Shown here: positions 50,106 to 64,000 of the stretch, in pieces
Layout: each line of letters starts with the position of its first letter
Position numbering within the stretch: position 1 is the stretch's first letter
Source: Octopus sinensis
Taxonomy: Eukaryota
Assembly (NCBI RefSeq): GCF_006345805.1
Contig: NC_043003.1
Coordinates: 78,244,001 to 78,308,000, forward strand
Length of the DNA: 64,000 bases
Direction: 5' to 3'
Position numbers and translations under genes: made by a program
The notes under the pieces: model-generated
Told to the model about the DNA's origin: nothing
Databases searched by the model: none
What the model saw: the letters and a program-made list of their open reading frames with translations, nothing else

Positions 50106-52115
50106 GAAATGCATAAATGATTACTCTTTTACTCGTTTCAGTCATTTGACTGTGGCCATGCTGGAGCATTGCTTTTAGTTGAGCAAATCGATCCCAGGAC
50201 TTATTCTTTGTAAGCCTACTACTTATTCTATCGGTGTCTTTTGCTGAACTGCTAAGTTATGGGGGACGTAAACACACCAGCATCGGTTGTCAAGCGATGT
50301 TGGGGAGGGGGGGACAAACACAGACACACATATATACACAACGGGCTTCTTTCAGTTTCCGTCTACCAAATCCACTTACAAGGCTTTGGCCGGCCCGAGG
50401 CTAAAGTACAATAGGCACTTGCCTGAGGTGCCACACAGTGGGACTGAACCCGGAACCATGTGGTTGGTAAGCAAGCTACTTACCACACAGCCACTTTTGT
50501 GCACTATAAATTATAGATACATAAATGATAAAGAACTGTAAACTACAGATAAGTGACTGGGACTACAAACTACAGGTAGATACATAGATGAGAACTATAT
50601 AATTATAGATATATGAATAATTGAGAAGTATAAACATCAGATACACAAAATATTGTGACAGTAAACTATAGAGAGATGATTGGGGACTATAAGCTATACA
50701 TAGATAAATATTGGAGAAACACAAACAGCAGATCAATAGACAATTCTAAACTTTAAACTATAATTAGATAAATAGTTGGAGATTATAAATTATAGATACA
50801 TAAATGAACGGGAACTATGGAACTGGAAGCTCCATTTAGATATTGGGACTGTAAACTATAGATAGAAGTAGATTAATTGGGGATTATAGGCTACAGATAA
50901 ATAAATGATCAAGAACTATAAAGTTTAGACTGGGAATTATAAACTATAGAAACATAAACGGTTGAGAACAATAAACTGAAGATCATCATCATCATCATCA
51001 TTTAACGTCCATTTTCCGTGCTAGCACGGGTTGGACGGTTCGACTAGGGTCTAGGAAGCCAGGAGGCTGCACCAGGCTCCAATCTGATCTGGCAGTGTTT
51101 CTACAGCTGGATGCCCTTCCTAACGCCAACCACTCCGTGAGTGTAGTGGGTGCTTTTTACGTGCCAGGGGAGGCTGGCAAACGGCCACGATTGGTTGGTG
51201 CTTTTTACATGCCACCGGCACAGAAGCCAGTCATGGTGGCGCTGGCATTGGCCACGTTCAGATGATGCTCTTTACGTGCTACCGGCACAGGTATCACAAC
51301 TACAATTTCCATTTGATATTTATTTTGATGTTGATGTACTTGACTCAATAGGTCTCCTCAACCACAGCAGGTCTTGGAGAGAAATGAATGAGAAGCATAA
51401 ATATCATTTGTTCATTTTATGTCCATATTTCCATGCCAGCATGGGTAGGATGAAAACAAAATTTAGGCATGATTTTACAGTCAGTTGCCCTCTCAAGAAT
51501 TCTTATGTGTTTTTAAGTTAGACAGTTTTTTAATTTTTTAACCCTTTAGTGTTCAGATTATTCTGTCAAATGTGATGTTTGTTTATTTAAAATGGTTTGA
51601 ATTAATCCTGCATTATCTTGTAGTTTAGAGATTTCAGTGATGTGATTATTTTAGTTTTAGAATGACATGGTAGGGCTGAGGTGAGAGGCGAGAGCTGGTC
51701 AGTTTCAATATAAAACAGGTTAAATATTTTGGCCAGATATGGCCGGTTTGAATGCTAAAGGGTTAATTAAAAGTGTAGAACTACCAGAGGATTTGTTGAT
51801 GACACTGTCCATACTTAAGAGCAGAATGTAAACATATATTCAGACATGAAAAACATGAAGAAACACACAAGTGTGACAGGCTTTGTACAATTTCTGTCAA
51901 CCAAATACCCTCATAAGGAATTAATTGGTTGGCCTAAGGGCTACAGAAGACACTTGTCAATAGTGCTGCACTTTGGTATTGAACCCAAACCTACATTATT
52001 ACAAAGTGGACATTTTAACTATACAGCCATGCCTGTACCTATTTATAAGCACATTAAATGATTTAGAACTAGAAACAAAGATAAATAAGTGAGTAACAAT
52101 CAAAAGTGATGGTAT

Positions 52116-52121
52116 TTTATT
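52116..52121 (-). promoter_or_regulatory. Candidate USP39 polyadenylation signal
   Basis: AATAAA on the minus strand ~130 nt after the stop. Confidence 0.4.
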
Positions 52122-52248
52122 GAATTATTTTCATTAGTGATGTATACAAAATATGTTTTCTGTCAAGATGAATATTTTGCAAAAGAAATATACTGAGATG
52201 AATGTCAATGATGATGAATGGTATTAAGATACTGTTACTGAGTAGCAG

Positions 52249-52317
52249 CTAGCTTGTCTCCATGTCAGGATCTTTTTTATACAAAGGATTAGGGATATCT
52301 CTTCGAATTTCATAAAT
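52249..52317 (-). CDS. USP39: USP39 terminal coding exon (IYEIRRDIPNPLYKKDPDMETS*)
   Basis: (t)12ccag acceptor, phase 0 after YIQ. Parallels vertebrate YIQ-IWKRR as recalled. TAG stop. Confidence 0.75.
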   Translation of the reverse strand: MYEIRRDIPNPLYKKDPDMETS

Positions 52318-53534
52318 CTGGAAAAAAAAAAAATACACATGAAAGAGAAATACAATAATTAATAAAATATTTTAATTAGGCACGGTTTCAGGTTTGGTTT
52401 CACAATACAAGTAATCTTGGATAAGTTTTCTGTAGCACCAGGTTGACCAATGCCTTGTGCGTGAATTTGGTAGAGGGAAACTGTAGAAAGCTTCTTGCAT
52501 GTGGGTGTGTTTAATAAATGGAAGACATAATTCTACCAAAAAGCACAAAAGATCTCTAAATTTACCATAATTTATTTATATATTAGAAGGTAGTGACATT
52601 ACTGAGTATTAGGGCAGCCAACTTGGTAGAGTTCATTCCTCTCTATGTAGTGTATCCAAGGTAATTTTGATAGGTAGAGTCCATTCAATGCTATCATATA
52701 AGTGTACACTACAAATCAAATTAACTTGGTACAGCCAACTGCTCAACAATCTACAGCTACCCATATTATGTTACTGCTTATAGCATTGAGTTACAAATGT
52801 AGTACATATTGATGAACTAGAATATCTGGTAGTTAGATATTTTGGTCATAGACAGATAATGAACAATTTATTTAATATTATGGATGGGTTCCAACCTGGG
52901 CCATTATGTTCAAATGACCACAAATTAATATGAACAAATGACTTCTTAATTTGTTCTCCAGTACCCTTTCAACTCAATCCATCCTTACTTTTATTAATAA
53001 AATAATTACTTTTATTGTGAAATATTTAGAAATATATAGATTTAGCTACCTCCTAGTTTTTCATAATATTTTTTTCAAATTAGGCATGTTTCCTCAACTT
53101 TGCAGCAAGATGTATGAATTTAATTGCATAACTGGATTAATTAGTATATAAATTTGATAGAATAAGAATTGTGAAAGAAAAGATAGCAGTGAATTTATAT
53201 GAGGGTAAGTCATGAGTTGGTATCAATGTCAAAAGAATAATGGAAATGAATTAAATTTTTTGGTATTAATCATTGCACAATGATTAACATAGTCCAGTAG
53301 TGTATTCACACAGACATGAACACAATGAACTTGGCAGTGGTTGGATTAAGGCTATAGTAGCAAACATTTGCCCAAGGTGCTCTGTAGTATGAGTGAACCA
53401 AAAGCTGTGTGGTTGTGAAGTGGATTTCTTAACCATGTGGCCACGCCTGCACTTGAATTATTATTGATAAAGTACCTGGGAAATGAGCATCTGTATGATG
53501 GAAAGAAGCAAAGTAGGAAGGAAGACAAGCTTAC

Positions 53535-53621
53535 CTGAATATAACTTTCAGAGAGAGTAATCATCTGAGGTAGAATATCAGCAACATGTAAATCTTGAAG
53601 CTCAAACCATTTCCCAGTTCC
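53535..53621 (-). CDS. USP39: USP39 exon (GTGKWFELQDLHVADILPQMITLSESYIQ)
   Basis: Near-identical to the recalled human USP39 GTGKWYELQDLQVTDILPQMITLSEAYIQ. Canonical cag/gtaag sites, 87 nt. Confidence 0.95.
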
Positions 53622-53904
53622 CTGAAGGAATTAAATAAGAGTCATTATTTAAATCCACAAAGTCGAAGGGTTTTAAACAGACATGAAGATTTGCAAGGTA
53701 TGACAGAGTATATTGAAGTATGTTCAATAGTATGTTGAAGGTTGACTTCTGGACCCTGAACCTAACAGAGATGACAAAAAGACTGGGATAATTAGTGATA
53801 TGCAGTTCTTGAGAGGACCTGCCCAACTTGGCAAAACTAAGTTCTGGAAGTGTTTTTTTAGTGTGTGTGGGTATGCATTTATATATATATATATAACTTT
53901 TCAC

Positions 53905-54723
53905 CGCATGTCTCGAGCAGATCATCAGAGGCATCGACTTGCAAGGCGGTGCCAACATCAATGGTGAGCTCCTCACCCACCTCCATTTCGCTGACGACAC
54001 CGTAATCATCGCTGAAACCATGGATCAGCTTCAGACCATGCTGACGGAGCTCGACATCAAAAGCTCTGCAGTAGGTCTCAAGATGAACCGCATGAAAACG
54101 AAGTTCATTCGGTCAGACAACGTACCAACAGGTCGAATGATGATTGGCAGTGATGAAATAGAGGAGGTAAAGGAATATGTCTACCTGGGACAGGAAGTGA
54201 AAATGTGCCGAGATATCGAAAAGGAGATCTCATGGAGAGTAAGGGCCGGATGGAAGGCATTTAATGGCATAAGGGAGGTGCTCAAGGGAAGGTTGGACAG
54301 GACCACCTGCGCCAACCTCATCAACAGTACAGTTCTACCTGCAATGTTATATGGTAGTGAAACATGGGCTACAACAAAGAGAGAAGAGCAGAGACTGGTA
54401 ACGGCTCAAAGAGCCATGGAAAGGTCAATGCTTGGTATCTCGTTGAGAGAGCACATCAGTAGTAAGATCATCAGAAAGAAGTCCGGCGTGAGGGATGTCA
54501 TCGCAGAGTATACACGCAGCAAGTTTAGATGGGCTGAACATGTCGCCCGGCTCACCGATAATCGGTGGACCCGCGCGAGCGGAAACGACCACCCGGAAGG
54601 CCTCCATGACGGTGGAGTTACGATTGGGATCAGATGGATGAGAAAGGCACAATCCGGAGAGGAGTGGACAGCATGCTGTGAACAGCGGTGTGAAATGAAC
54701 GCCCAACGGACTGGTCGGTCAAG

Positions 54724-54727
<4 letters not shown>
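53905..54727 (+). mobile_element. RTE-clade LINE fragment (RT domain end) in a USP39 intron, antisense to the gene
   Basis: INGELLTHLHFADD (RT catalytic motif), GLKMN..KTK, EYVYLGQ, LYGSETW and KFRW.EHVAR..DNRW. (TA)n on both sides. Confidence 0.92.
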
Positions 54728-54765
<38 letters not shown>

Positions 54766-56438
54766 GAGCTGAAAGCGACACACCAACAAGCTCCAGTATT
54801 GTCAGACATGCATCAATTTTGCTAAAATTGAATAAAATAAAAAATAATGATGTATACACATGTACATGATGAATAAAATGAATGATAATAATAATAACAT
54901 AACATGTAAAATGTTTGGGAGCGTGACTTTTGGCATACCCTGCACCTTTGTGCAATTCTCTCCCCAAGAGACCCTCACCACCCTTTATCTATCTAACTGC
55001 AGTTTTTCTCCAATACCCCTAGTCTTTCTCACTTCTGAAACCGTTTCACTAGATATCCATTCCTTATCCTTAATACTGTCCTTACCACCCACATTTTATA
55101 CTGAACCCCTCCTCACCTCCGGAATCACTAAATCCTGTCACCCACTCAATGTCTCTCACTCCCCCCCATGCATTAAAACTGCCTCTCCCTTCCCCCACAC
55201 TCTTGCAACCTACCCACATTTGTCATCTCTTTCATCTTTCTCCTGTCTATGTTATCATCATTACTATTCTATTCTTCACACATTATCACAGGTAATGTTC
55301 CACCTTTTATCCCTCTCCAATCTCTGCAGTCGTCACCTACTCTTCCCAATATTCCCAACTTATCCATTCAACACTTGTTCCTCATTCCTTATATTCACCC
55401 CTTCCTCCACTTCTCACTCTCCCAAACATTCTTGCAATCTCTGCTCACATTCTTGGTTTTCCTGCTCCCATTCACTACTACTTATTTTCTATCTTGAGAG
55501 TCCACACACACGCCTCATCACACCTATTTTTATTTTTTCTTTGCTCCACCTTGATCATCCCTACCTTTTTTCTATAATGTGAGTAACCATGTGGACCCTC
55601 TAGTGCAAGAAACCTATTTCGCTGTAGCCCTTTCTCTCATATTTTAACTTCCCATCTCAAAAATTGAAGCCACCTCTCTCGATACATGTAGCCTTACACA
55701 GTGCAAGGTGATCTCACTTGAGGTGGAGGCATTAAAGGAGCAACCATTACATGCTCTGAAGTAGTTGGTGTCAGGAAGGGCATCTAGCTATAGAAACCAT
55801 GTCAAATTAGACACTGGAATATGTTGCAGTTCTTGAACCCATCAGATCATTTCAAACAGTCCAACCCATGCCAACAAAGAACAAGGACATTAAATGATGA
55901 TGATGACAACACTGACGAACATTACATGGAGAAACTGAATATGACATAAAGGAATAATCATCATCATCGTTTAACGTCCGTTTTCCATGCTAGCATGGGT
56001 TGGACGGTTCAACTGGGGTCTGGGAAGCCAGAAGGCTGCGCCAGGCCCAGTCTGATCTGGCAGTGTTTCTACAGCTGGATGCCCTTGCTAATGCCAACCA
56101 CTCCAAGAGTGTAGTGGGTGCTTTTTACGTGCCAGTCGGAGCAGCGCTGGCAATGGCCACGTTCGGATGGTTGTCTTACGTGCCACCGGCACTGGTATCA
56201 CAGCTACAATTTCCATTGATGTTGAAGTGTGAAAAATATTACATGGAGTGACAGAGTATAACAAATATTTTTATGAGGTCAAGCAACTTCTTAGATGCTG
56301 CTGGAAGTTGTACAGGATGATGACAGGATCAAGCACAGCAAATGCTGATGTAAACACAGCAGTATTCTCTCCACACCTACTAAAACATTTAGTCATTAAA
56401 CACTTATTAAAAACCTACATGCATAATAAATAATTTAC

Positions 56439-56580
56439 CTTATGTAAGATGTGTACCCGATATGTTCCTTTATCAGATCCAGATTCCCCTTCATGAACAA
56501 TGTTTGCAATGAGATCATATGTGGTGTAGGGATGTTTCACCCGTATTTCAGGCGTCAGCAAATCTCCAAAGTCAATATTT
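56439..56580 (-). CDS. USP39: USP39 exon (NIDFGDLL...TTYDLIANIVHEG...GTYRVHILHK)
   Basis: TTYDLIANIVH and G.YR.H.LH match USP39. Phase 2->0, canonical sites. Confidence 0.95.
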
Positions 56581-58511
56581 CTATAACAGAAATAATAATT
56601 ATACAGAGGAAGTTTTTGTGAACAAAGAAAACTACTTTTTGAGTGAAGATTAACAACAAATCTGAATAACATCTGTTAGTCATAAATCATAACACTACAC
56701 TGATAAAAAAAGATTGTGTTCTGTCAGTCGTAAATCAAAATTCAGTCTTAACACTGCACTGACGAGGTATATTAATGTAGATTGTGATCTATGCTGGTCC
56801 TGAATCCTAAGACTGCATAGATAGAAGAAATTAACAGAGTTTCTGTCAGCTATAAATCTGTGTGTGATCTCTATCAGCCATAGATCATAACACTGCACTG
56901 ATGGAGAAGATAAATGGAACTTGTAATTTCAATCATTTAACAACAAAGCAAAATTTCTATCATTTATTTTTAGTTGATGAGGTTTTACAAACATCATACA
57001 TCTTTATATAATTATGCCACAAATAGTAGTTAAGCCCTAGGAACCTTAACCAATTGACTAAATTATAGATGTATTCTCATAAACCATGTCTATGTGCTGT
57101 TAGCCCGTTAAGCACAGCTCCTTAACAAGAAACAGCCCTCCAGCAACTGATCATAAGATATGTAGCGATTGAAATGTTTCTATTATAAGGTTAAATTCTT
57201 GGATTATACATTGAGTTGCTCTGGAAAGTTCTCATAGTAACAAATCAAAAATGGGTTTACAGCTGTCATTAGCAATTTTTAGCATTGCTAATCTGGATTT
57301 ATGATTTTCTCTGCTATTTCTTTTCAAAAATTATGCATGCTACACTATTAACAATATGTTCTGAATGAAGGCAAACTTGAAAAATTCTCTCTCAGGAAAT
57401 TTAACATTCTAAGAGAAAATGTTTTAATTTTACTATAGCTGACACTAGCATCGATATTAGTAAAACAGAAGGACCAATCGATTCATAAATATTGAGTTTT
57501 AAGGACCAAAATAACACAAAAATAGAATTTAGATAAGACAAATTCATTCTAAAATATATATTTCTCTTCAATGTTGCATATCCCTCAGGCAATGATGTTT
57601 CCAGTAGTGGAACACACCATTCTAGTGGGATAATAGAGTACGTGATGTGTGGTACACTTTTGCTTAGATTGTTGACAAACATGCCAAATGGTTAACTTAT
57701 CAGGTGGCCTTTTTGATACCAACCTGCCCAAGACCAGTCCTGTGATGTAAAGTGCTTGTTTTAAAGTGAATCAAACTAAAATCTTCCATCAAAATTTTAC
57801 ACTGAATTATGCTCAAAACATCAGCTTAATATGGACAAAGTATATTTTACAAAATTGTTCATTATTTTCAAAATTAATTGAGACAAAAAGGTGATGAGCT
57901 AATTGAATTGTTACCATCATCATCATTTAATGTCCATTGTGCATGCTGGCATGGGTTGGCTGGTTTGACCAGGGCTGATTTGGCATAGTTTCTACAGCTG
58001 GATGGTCTTCCTAACACCAACCAGTCCCAAAGTGTAATGGGTGCTTTTATGTGCTATTTGTGTGACACCAATATCTGCCATGATTGTGATTTTACTTGGC
58101 TTGATGGGTCTTCTTCTCAAGCACGGCATAATGCCATGGTCTTGGTCATTCATCATTGCTTCGGTGAGGCTCAACACTCAAAAGGAGCTTGTCATGTGCC
58201 ACTCACATCGGCTACTTTGCCTCCGTGAGGACCAAAGCTTGAAAGGTGCTAGTTATGTGACACTAGTATTGGCCACGGCTACAATTTCACTTAGCTTGAC
58301 GGGTCTTCTCAAGCACTACTACACCAGGTAAAATGCTTAGCAGCATTTCTTCTGACTTTATGTTCTGAGTTCAAATGTTACATGGTTCAACTTTGCCTTT
58401 CAACTTTTGGCCAACAAAAGAAGTACCAGTTGAACTTTGGGTTTAATGTACTTTACTTACCCAGAGAGAGAGAGATTGTTCAAACATAGAAAAAGACACG
58501 TAGTGACTTAC

Positions 58512-58573
58512 TTGATAGGAAAGTTTACAATGGTTGGGTTTTTCTCAGAGACAAAATAATTTTTGGTGAATCG
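58512..58573 (-). CDS. USP39: USP39 exon (RFTKNYFVSEKNPTIVNFPI)
   Basis: Missed by the ORF track. Matches RFTKNNFFVEKNPTIVNFPI. ttttcag/gtaagt sites, phase 0->2. Confidence 0.95.
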
Positions 58574-59346
58574 CTGAAAACAGAGCAAGTAATAAGGAAT
58601 CAACATCACAGATAAATACAACTATTATTGTTGACTAATACTGTAGATTTTGTTGCTCAACCCTAGTTCAACCTGACCAAGAAGTCCTGTGGCAAGAAAG
58701 GAGTTGACTGAATGACTAAGTGAGACACACAAACCCATTTTCCCAGTTACACCATAGCTTTGTCCAGCTGAGGCTCCAAACTACATACTCCATCAACAAA
58801 TGTAGAGGAACAGCCCACTGACCAAGTCTGTCATGTCAGATTTCAGTGAGGACATCATCAAGATGTACAGGTGTATACAGAAATATACTGGATAGTGGAC
58901 AATAATATTGTAACAGCAGCATAATGTAATAAGAAACAAAAATCACTCAAGAGTCCTACATCTTGAGCCTCTAGTAATGCAACAGAGCAGCTTATAATGA
59001 GCCAGCAGGACAATCTCTAATGAATCAAGGGAAGCTCACATTGGCTGCAAGAAATAATAGCCAAACCTCCCTTAATCCAGAAAAAGGACATGCTGGATAA
59101 TGCGATTCAAAGTACACTAGGCCTGATGAAAGAAGGCGGGATGGTCATGGTTAGAATGAAATGGCTTTGTTGATAGATCAGCTTGAGCAGAGTTGACGAG
59201 GGGTTAAACAACAACTATAGAATGTGGCTTACACCAACAAAGGAACCCAATTGAGTTTCTCATCCTGCTAGAAACAATAACTAAATTTCTCAGAATTCAC
59301 TTCCTACAACCTTAAAAAAAGAGTCACGCTGTAATATGGTTTAAGA

Positions 59347-59657
59347 CAGGGCTGACTAACCTGAAGCCCACAGGCGGCAGACTTTTACCTTGCAGCCCAC
59401 TTGATACTTTCTTGAAATGGATTTATTTAAACAAAAATTTATCAAAAATTAAAAAGTGTAATGGAAAGTAATAAAGAAAGATACTACTGTTTTTGCAACG
59501 ATAATATTTCATGTTGAATCAACGATTATTCATTCATTATTGTAATAATAGCATGAGAAAGCAAAATGCTTTCAATTCTGTCAGTGTACAAGTGGCCCTC
59601 AAAAAAACTCCCTGTGATTGAAGTAGCCCATATTGTAATTTGAGTTGGCCAGGCCTG
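59347..59657. mobile_element. hAT-type MITE in a USP39 intron
   Basis: Imperfect TIRs cagggctgactaac and gttggccaggcctg, with a perfect 8-bp TSD gtttaaga. Confidence 0.85.
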
Positions 59658-60965
59658 GTTTAAGATATACTAAATGTGAGACAGGAAGGAAAAATGGGAT
59701 GGCGACAACTAAATCGTCTTTGGTCATGCATATGCTCAATCAGGGTTAACCGTATTCTCAAAATGAAGGACGGCAGATTAAAATTGGTTTTAACATTTCT
59801 TTTTTTTTTTTTGGTTTCAATGTGATTTTCCATTTTTAACAGAGTAGAGTGAAATTACATAGCGTGTTGACAGAGAAAAGCTATTATTGTTGCTGATAAA
59901 CCCTTGGTCAGCTTTGTTCAAGTTACAACCAAAAACCATTCTAACCATGGACATCCTGTCTTATTTATCAAGCTACTATAGAAAATCATTCCAGCCATGG
60001 TCATCCTGTCTTTTTCAAGAGTTCCTAATACAGTGTATCTAGTATCAAATTATTCTATTTCCATTAAAGACAGTAGAATGTGATTTGAGGGAGATTTGAC
60101 TGCTATTTGTAACTGTACAAGAGAGTAACAGAATACCTCTTGTTTGGCTTGTCAACATAGAAAAGAAGATGATGCTGATAATGGTTATAATAACAATAAA
60201 TAATGATGAGTGTGTGTGCCAGTAATGATAATTAGATAAATATTTACCTTGCGCCTACCTAACAAAAAGGAAACACCATAAGCTTGTTTACAAAGTTCTA
60301 CATGCATAGGCGCAGGAGTGGCTGTGTGGTAAGTAGCTTGTTTACCAACCACATAGTTCTGGGTTCAGTCCCACTGTGTGGTACCTTGGGCGAGTGTCTT
60401 CTGCTATAGCCTCGGGCCGACCATAGCCTTGTAGTGGATTTGGTAGACGGAAACTGAAAGAAGCCCATCGTATATATATATGTATATATATGCGTGTGTG
60501 TGTGTGTTTGTGTGTCTGTGTTTGTCCCCTAGCATTGCTTGACAACCGATGCTGGTGTGTTTATGTCCCCGTTACTTAGCGGTTCGGCAAAAGAGACCGA
60601 TAGAATAAGTACTGGGCTTACAAACGAATAAGTCCAGGGGTCGAGTTGCTCGATTAAAGGCGGTGCTCCAGCATGGCCGCAGTCAAATGACTGAAATAAG
60701 TAAAAGAGTAAAGAGAGAGTATGCATGGATAAATTCTAAACAATAACATAACCCCAAATTTAATCATTAAAAATTTTTTCAAAAATACCTTTCCATAATA
60801 ACCAACTACAAAAACCTAATTACCCCACCGCCCAAGGTAATTTTAACTCAACAGAGACTATACAAAGGCAAGACTAATGTAGCGCAGTCTGATAATGGCT
60901 TAAGCTGACTGAAATTTTGAAGTCACTGTCTATAACATTCTTGTATAAGAATAATATATATTTAC

Positions 60966-61189
60966 CTTCACATAGAGGATAATATAAGGTGGCAACTTGA
61001 AAATTTTGAATCTCTTCATTGTAGAGTCTTTGTAAGTTTTATATTCTTTTTCTGTAATGCCATTGAATTTGGCAAGAATGTTAGCCAAAGGAACCTGCGG
61101 AATGATATTTTCACGTAAGTCGTCAGGGTAGAGTGGAGGCGCAGGCAGGTCACAAGTCAGATACAGAAACTGAGTATCTTCTGCTGTTT
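60966..61189 (-). CDS. USP39: USP39 exon (TAEDTQFLYLTCDLPAPPLY...IIPQVPLANILAKFNGITEKEYKTYK...KLPPYIILYVK)
   Basis: IIPQVPL.NILAKFNGITEKEYKTYK is diagnostic of USP39/Sad1 (U4/U6.U5 tri-snRNP-associated protein 2). Phase 1->0. Confidence 0.96.
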
Positions 61190-62834
61190 CTGCAAAATAT
61201 AAAATGGTAAAACATGACAGATGAAGACATTGAAATATGTTTTGGAAATTGTAGGTGAACATTGCTAAATAACGATCTTATTAACCAAATAGTGGCTGAA
61301 TACATAGTTTGCTATAGCTCAAGTTATATATGACATGCTGCCTTGAGCAAATAAACAAATCTCGTTTATTTTATTATCATTACTATTCTACTTCACGCAT
61401 ATTATCATAAATCATGCTGAACCTTTTGTCCCTATATAATCTCAACAGTTGTCACCTGCTCTATATCTCCTACTTATCATCCATTCAATGCTGTTCTATA
61501 TTCCTTATATTCACCCCCTCATCCTTTCTCTATCTCTCACTATCTCAAACACTTTTGCAACCTCAGTACACCAAATCTTGGTTATGGTACCCCCCCCCAT
61601 TCACTTCTACCAAGTTTCAGTGTAGTGAGTATTGTTTGTTCTGGTGTACAAAATAACCCTTCCTGTGAAGGTATCATGACAAAATGCACCCAGTACACTG
61701 TAGTTGATGAATGAGTCGAAAAAGCATAGGTTTCAGATTTGAGAGGTTCTTTTAGTCTTGCCTTGCTAAGGGCATGACAACCTCTCTAGTGCTGGTGGCA
61801 TAATAAGGAATGTAAAGTGGTTGGCAAATGGGTAGAGAAAGTGAGGGGACAAGAGGACTCATCGCTCAAGAACATGACAACCTCTCTAATGCTGGTTGCA
61901 TAAAATGCACTCAGTATATTCAGTGAAGTGGTTGATGATAGGAAGGGCATCCACCATCTATAGAAACTAAGCCGTAAATGATACTTATAATTCTCGAATC
62001 TGCCTAAGAGTAGAGTGGCTCCTAATAAGTGCTGACTTGAACTGTGATAACTTACCCAATACAGCAAGGAAAGTAGACATACGATGGTGATGGTGTGATA
62101 AAGGAATAAAAGAAGTTATGTAGTCTAGAAATCATATTTGAACAATGTGTCAAATGGATGTTTAACATAGGTCTGATTTGAAATCACAAAAAGGGCTGCT
62201 GATAGAGTGGTCAGTTAAGATTCAGTCAACCCCAAATATATTGTAAGAGATATAAATAGGTAGGTCATCCCTGCTAATGTGTATTTTTTTTTTACTCCAG
62301 ATGTGCTAACCACATAGTTACATACAAGAAAAAAAAAATCAAATTCCAGTATAGTGGTACTTTTGATACAGAACCCATATACTGAACAGAAAGAGACCAT
62401 CTGAAGTACGCTCCTCACAGCCAAGTGGTCCTCAGAAACTTCAAATCCCAAGTCTAATTTAAATTGAAATCATTCTACAATTTCAACTGAAATTGAAGCA
62501 TTAGGATAAACACAGCAACAACCAGGAAATTATGAAATACATATTTGATATCATCCTTCAATAATAAAATCAACTGTTTGACCTTGCACGATCAGAGCTA
62601 GCTATCAGCACTATTGATTTGCCAAAACAATTTTGCACACTATTCTTGATAGTTGAATGAACTAGGACCAAGTGGCAATCAGTAAACATGATTAATTTTT
62701 GTTAAACTTGCTATATCTTTTACAGTGAATGTTCTTGTAAATATATTAATTAATGAACTAACAAAAATATTAATTAAAAATTCTTTACATAATATTCCTG
62801 TCAATGTAATTAGTTTTAATTGTTAAGAGCTTAC

Positions 62835-62880
62835 CTTGGTACTCTTCCATCTGGAGTAGCTTCTCTTTTTCTTCTTCTTT
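62835..62880 (-). CDS. USP39: USP39 exon (KEEEKEKLLQMEEYQ)
   Basis: Parallels human EEKEQLLHNDEYQ as recalled. tttcag/gtaagc sites, phase 0->1 joining the next exon. Upstream exons lie beyond the window. Confidence 0.88.
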
Positions 62881-64000
62881 CTGAAATAGGAAGTTTATAT
62901 AACTTAATAACAATCCTTTCTATTATAGACACAAGGCCTCAAATTTTCAGGAAAGGGGCTAGTTGATTACATCGACCCCAGAGTTCAACAGATATTTATC
63001 TTATTGACCCCACAAAGGATAAAAGGCAAAGTCAACTTCAGCAGAATTTGAACACAGAACATAAAGAGAAACAAAATACTACTAAATATTTTTTCTGGCG
63101 TGCAAACAATTCTGTGAGCTCATTGCCTTTCAAAACTTAATAATAAAAATATTAAAAAGAGCATCACTTTGAGAAAAAGGTGTCTATAAAGACCTCAAAA
63201 CACAGAGACATGGGAATTTGCTGTACTTGATAAAACACATCAAGCTAAGTGAAACTGCTGTCTTCCACACATGCTTTTTCAGGTGCTGGTGCCAATCCTG
63301 CATAAACACATCCAGCATACTCTGCTAAGTGGTTGGTGTTGGGAAGGGCATCCAACTGTAGAAACCAAGCCACAACAGACATTTGGAGTCTGGCCAGCTC
63401 CATGCCAAACTGTCTAACCCAGGCAAGAATGGAGAGCAGACGTTAAATGATGATATATATATACATAGGGTCCTTATACTTAGCTCTTATTCTGTCTTCA
63501 GTGTGATGCACTTTTTCTTTTAAGTGTGTGTGTGTAGTTTCTACAGCTGGATGCCCTTCCTAATCCTGACCATTTTACACTTGTGAGACCACCAAGTAAC
63601 TTGCAAGATGCAAGACAAGATCTCTTGAGTGAGTGAAACTATAGTAGTGAAGGAAGTGGCTTTGTGTCATGTGTTGAAAGGCTAAAGTATGATAGAGGAA
63701 CAAGAACAGGTGTTTTGTAGCACAAGAGATACATGGCTACTCCAGTTTGGAGGAGAGCAAAGATGGTGATGAGGTGTCAGAGTGTATCTCAAGGTAAAAG
63801 AAGGTGACTATGAGAGAAGAGAGATCGAGGGTCAGAGGGAGAGTGACAAATAGAGATGGGTATAGAGATGAATGCAGTGAATGGTGAACACAGGTGGCAA
63901 TGTGGTAAATGATGAATACCAGTTTAGGAGAGGAAGATGATGAAAACAGAAGCAGTTTAAAAAAAGAGGAGGTGATAAGTGTTGTGGAGAGTAGCAGTGT

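Noticed and set aside
54860-55582. 240-aa ORF in a USP39 intron
   Set aside because: C/T-rich low-complexity sequence is naturally poor in stop codons. The L/S/H/P-biased product has no motif.

Overview
AT-rich, microsatellite-dense animal genomic DNA. The SINE/RTE repeat families and (TA)n/(CA)n/(TACA)n load resemble those I recall from Octopus genomes; this is an inference, not a search result. Three intron-containing genes can be reconstructed by hand. (1) Minus strand, left end: a PNT+ETS transcription factor of the ESE (ELF3/ELF5/EHF) type. Its exons are 8428-7867, 3582-3236 and 362-170, and it continues off the window. The first junction is out of frame and forms an ATGA stop/start overlap. 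(2) Plus strand, 27888-45647: an unannotated ~142-aa secreted protein with a signal peptide and two six-cysteine modules. It has two candidate mutually exclusive 85-nt exons (33971-34055 and 39689-39773). The ORF track misses almost all of this gene, and it is the most interesting item in the window. (3) Minus strand, right end: the last six coding exons of USP39/Sad1 (62880 to 52249). The rest is mostly transposon-derived: a full-length dead mariner and mariner fragments, a gypsy LTR-PBS-gag stub, several RTE and CR1 LINE 3' pieces, at least four tRNA-derived SINE families, non-autonomous Helitrons, hAT and piggyBac-type MITEs, a tRNA-Gly pseudogene and long hairpins. There is no CRISPR array or rRNA. 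Most ORF-track entries are spurious translations of microsatellites.
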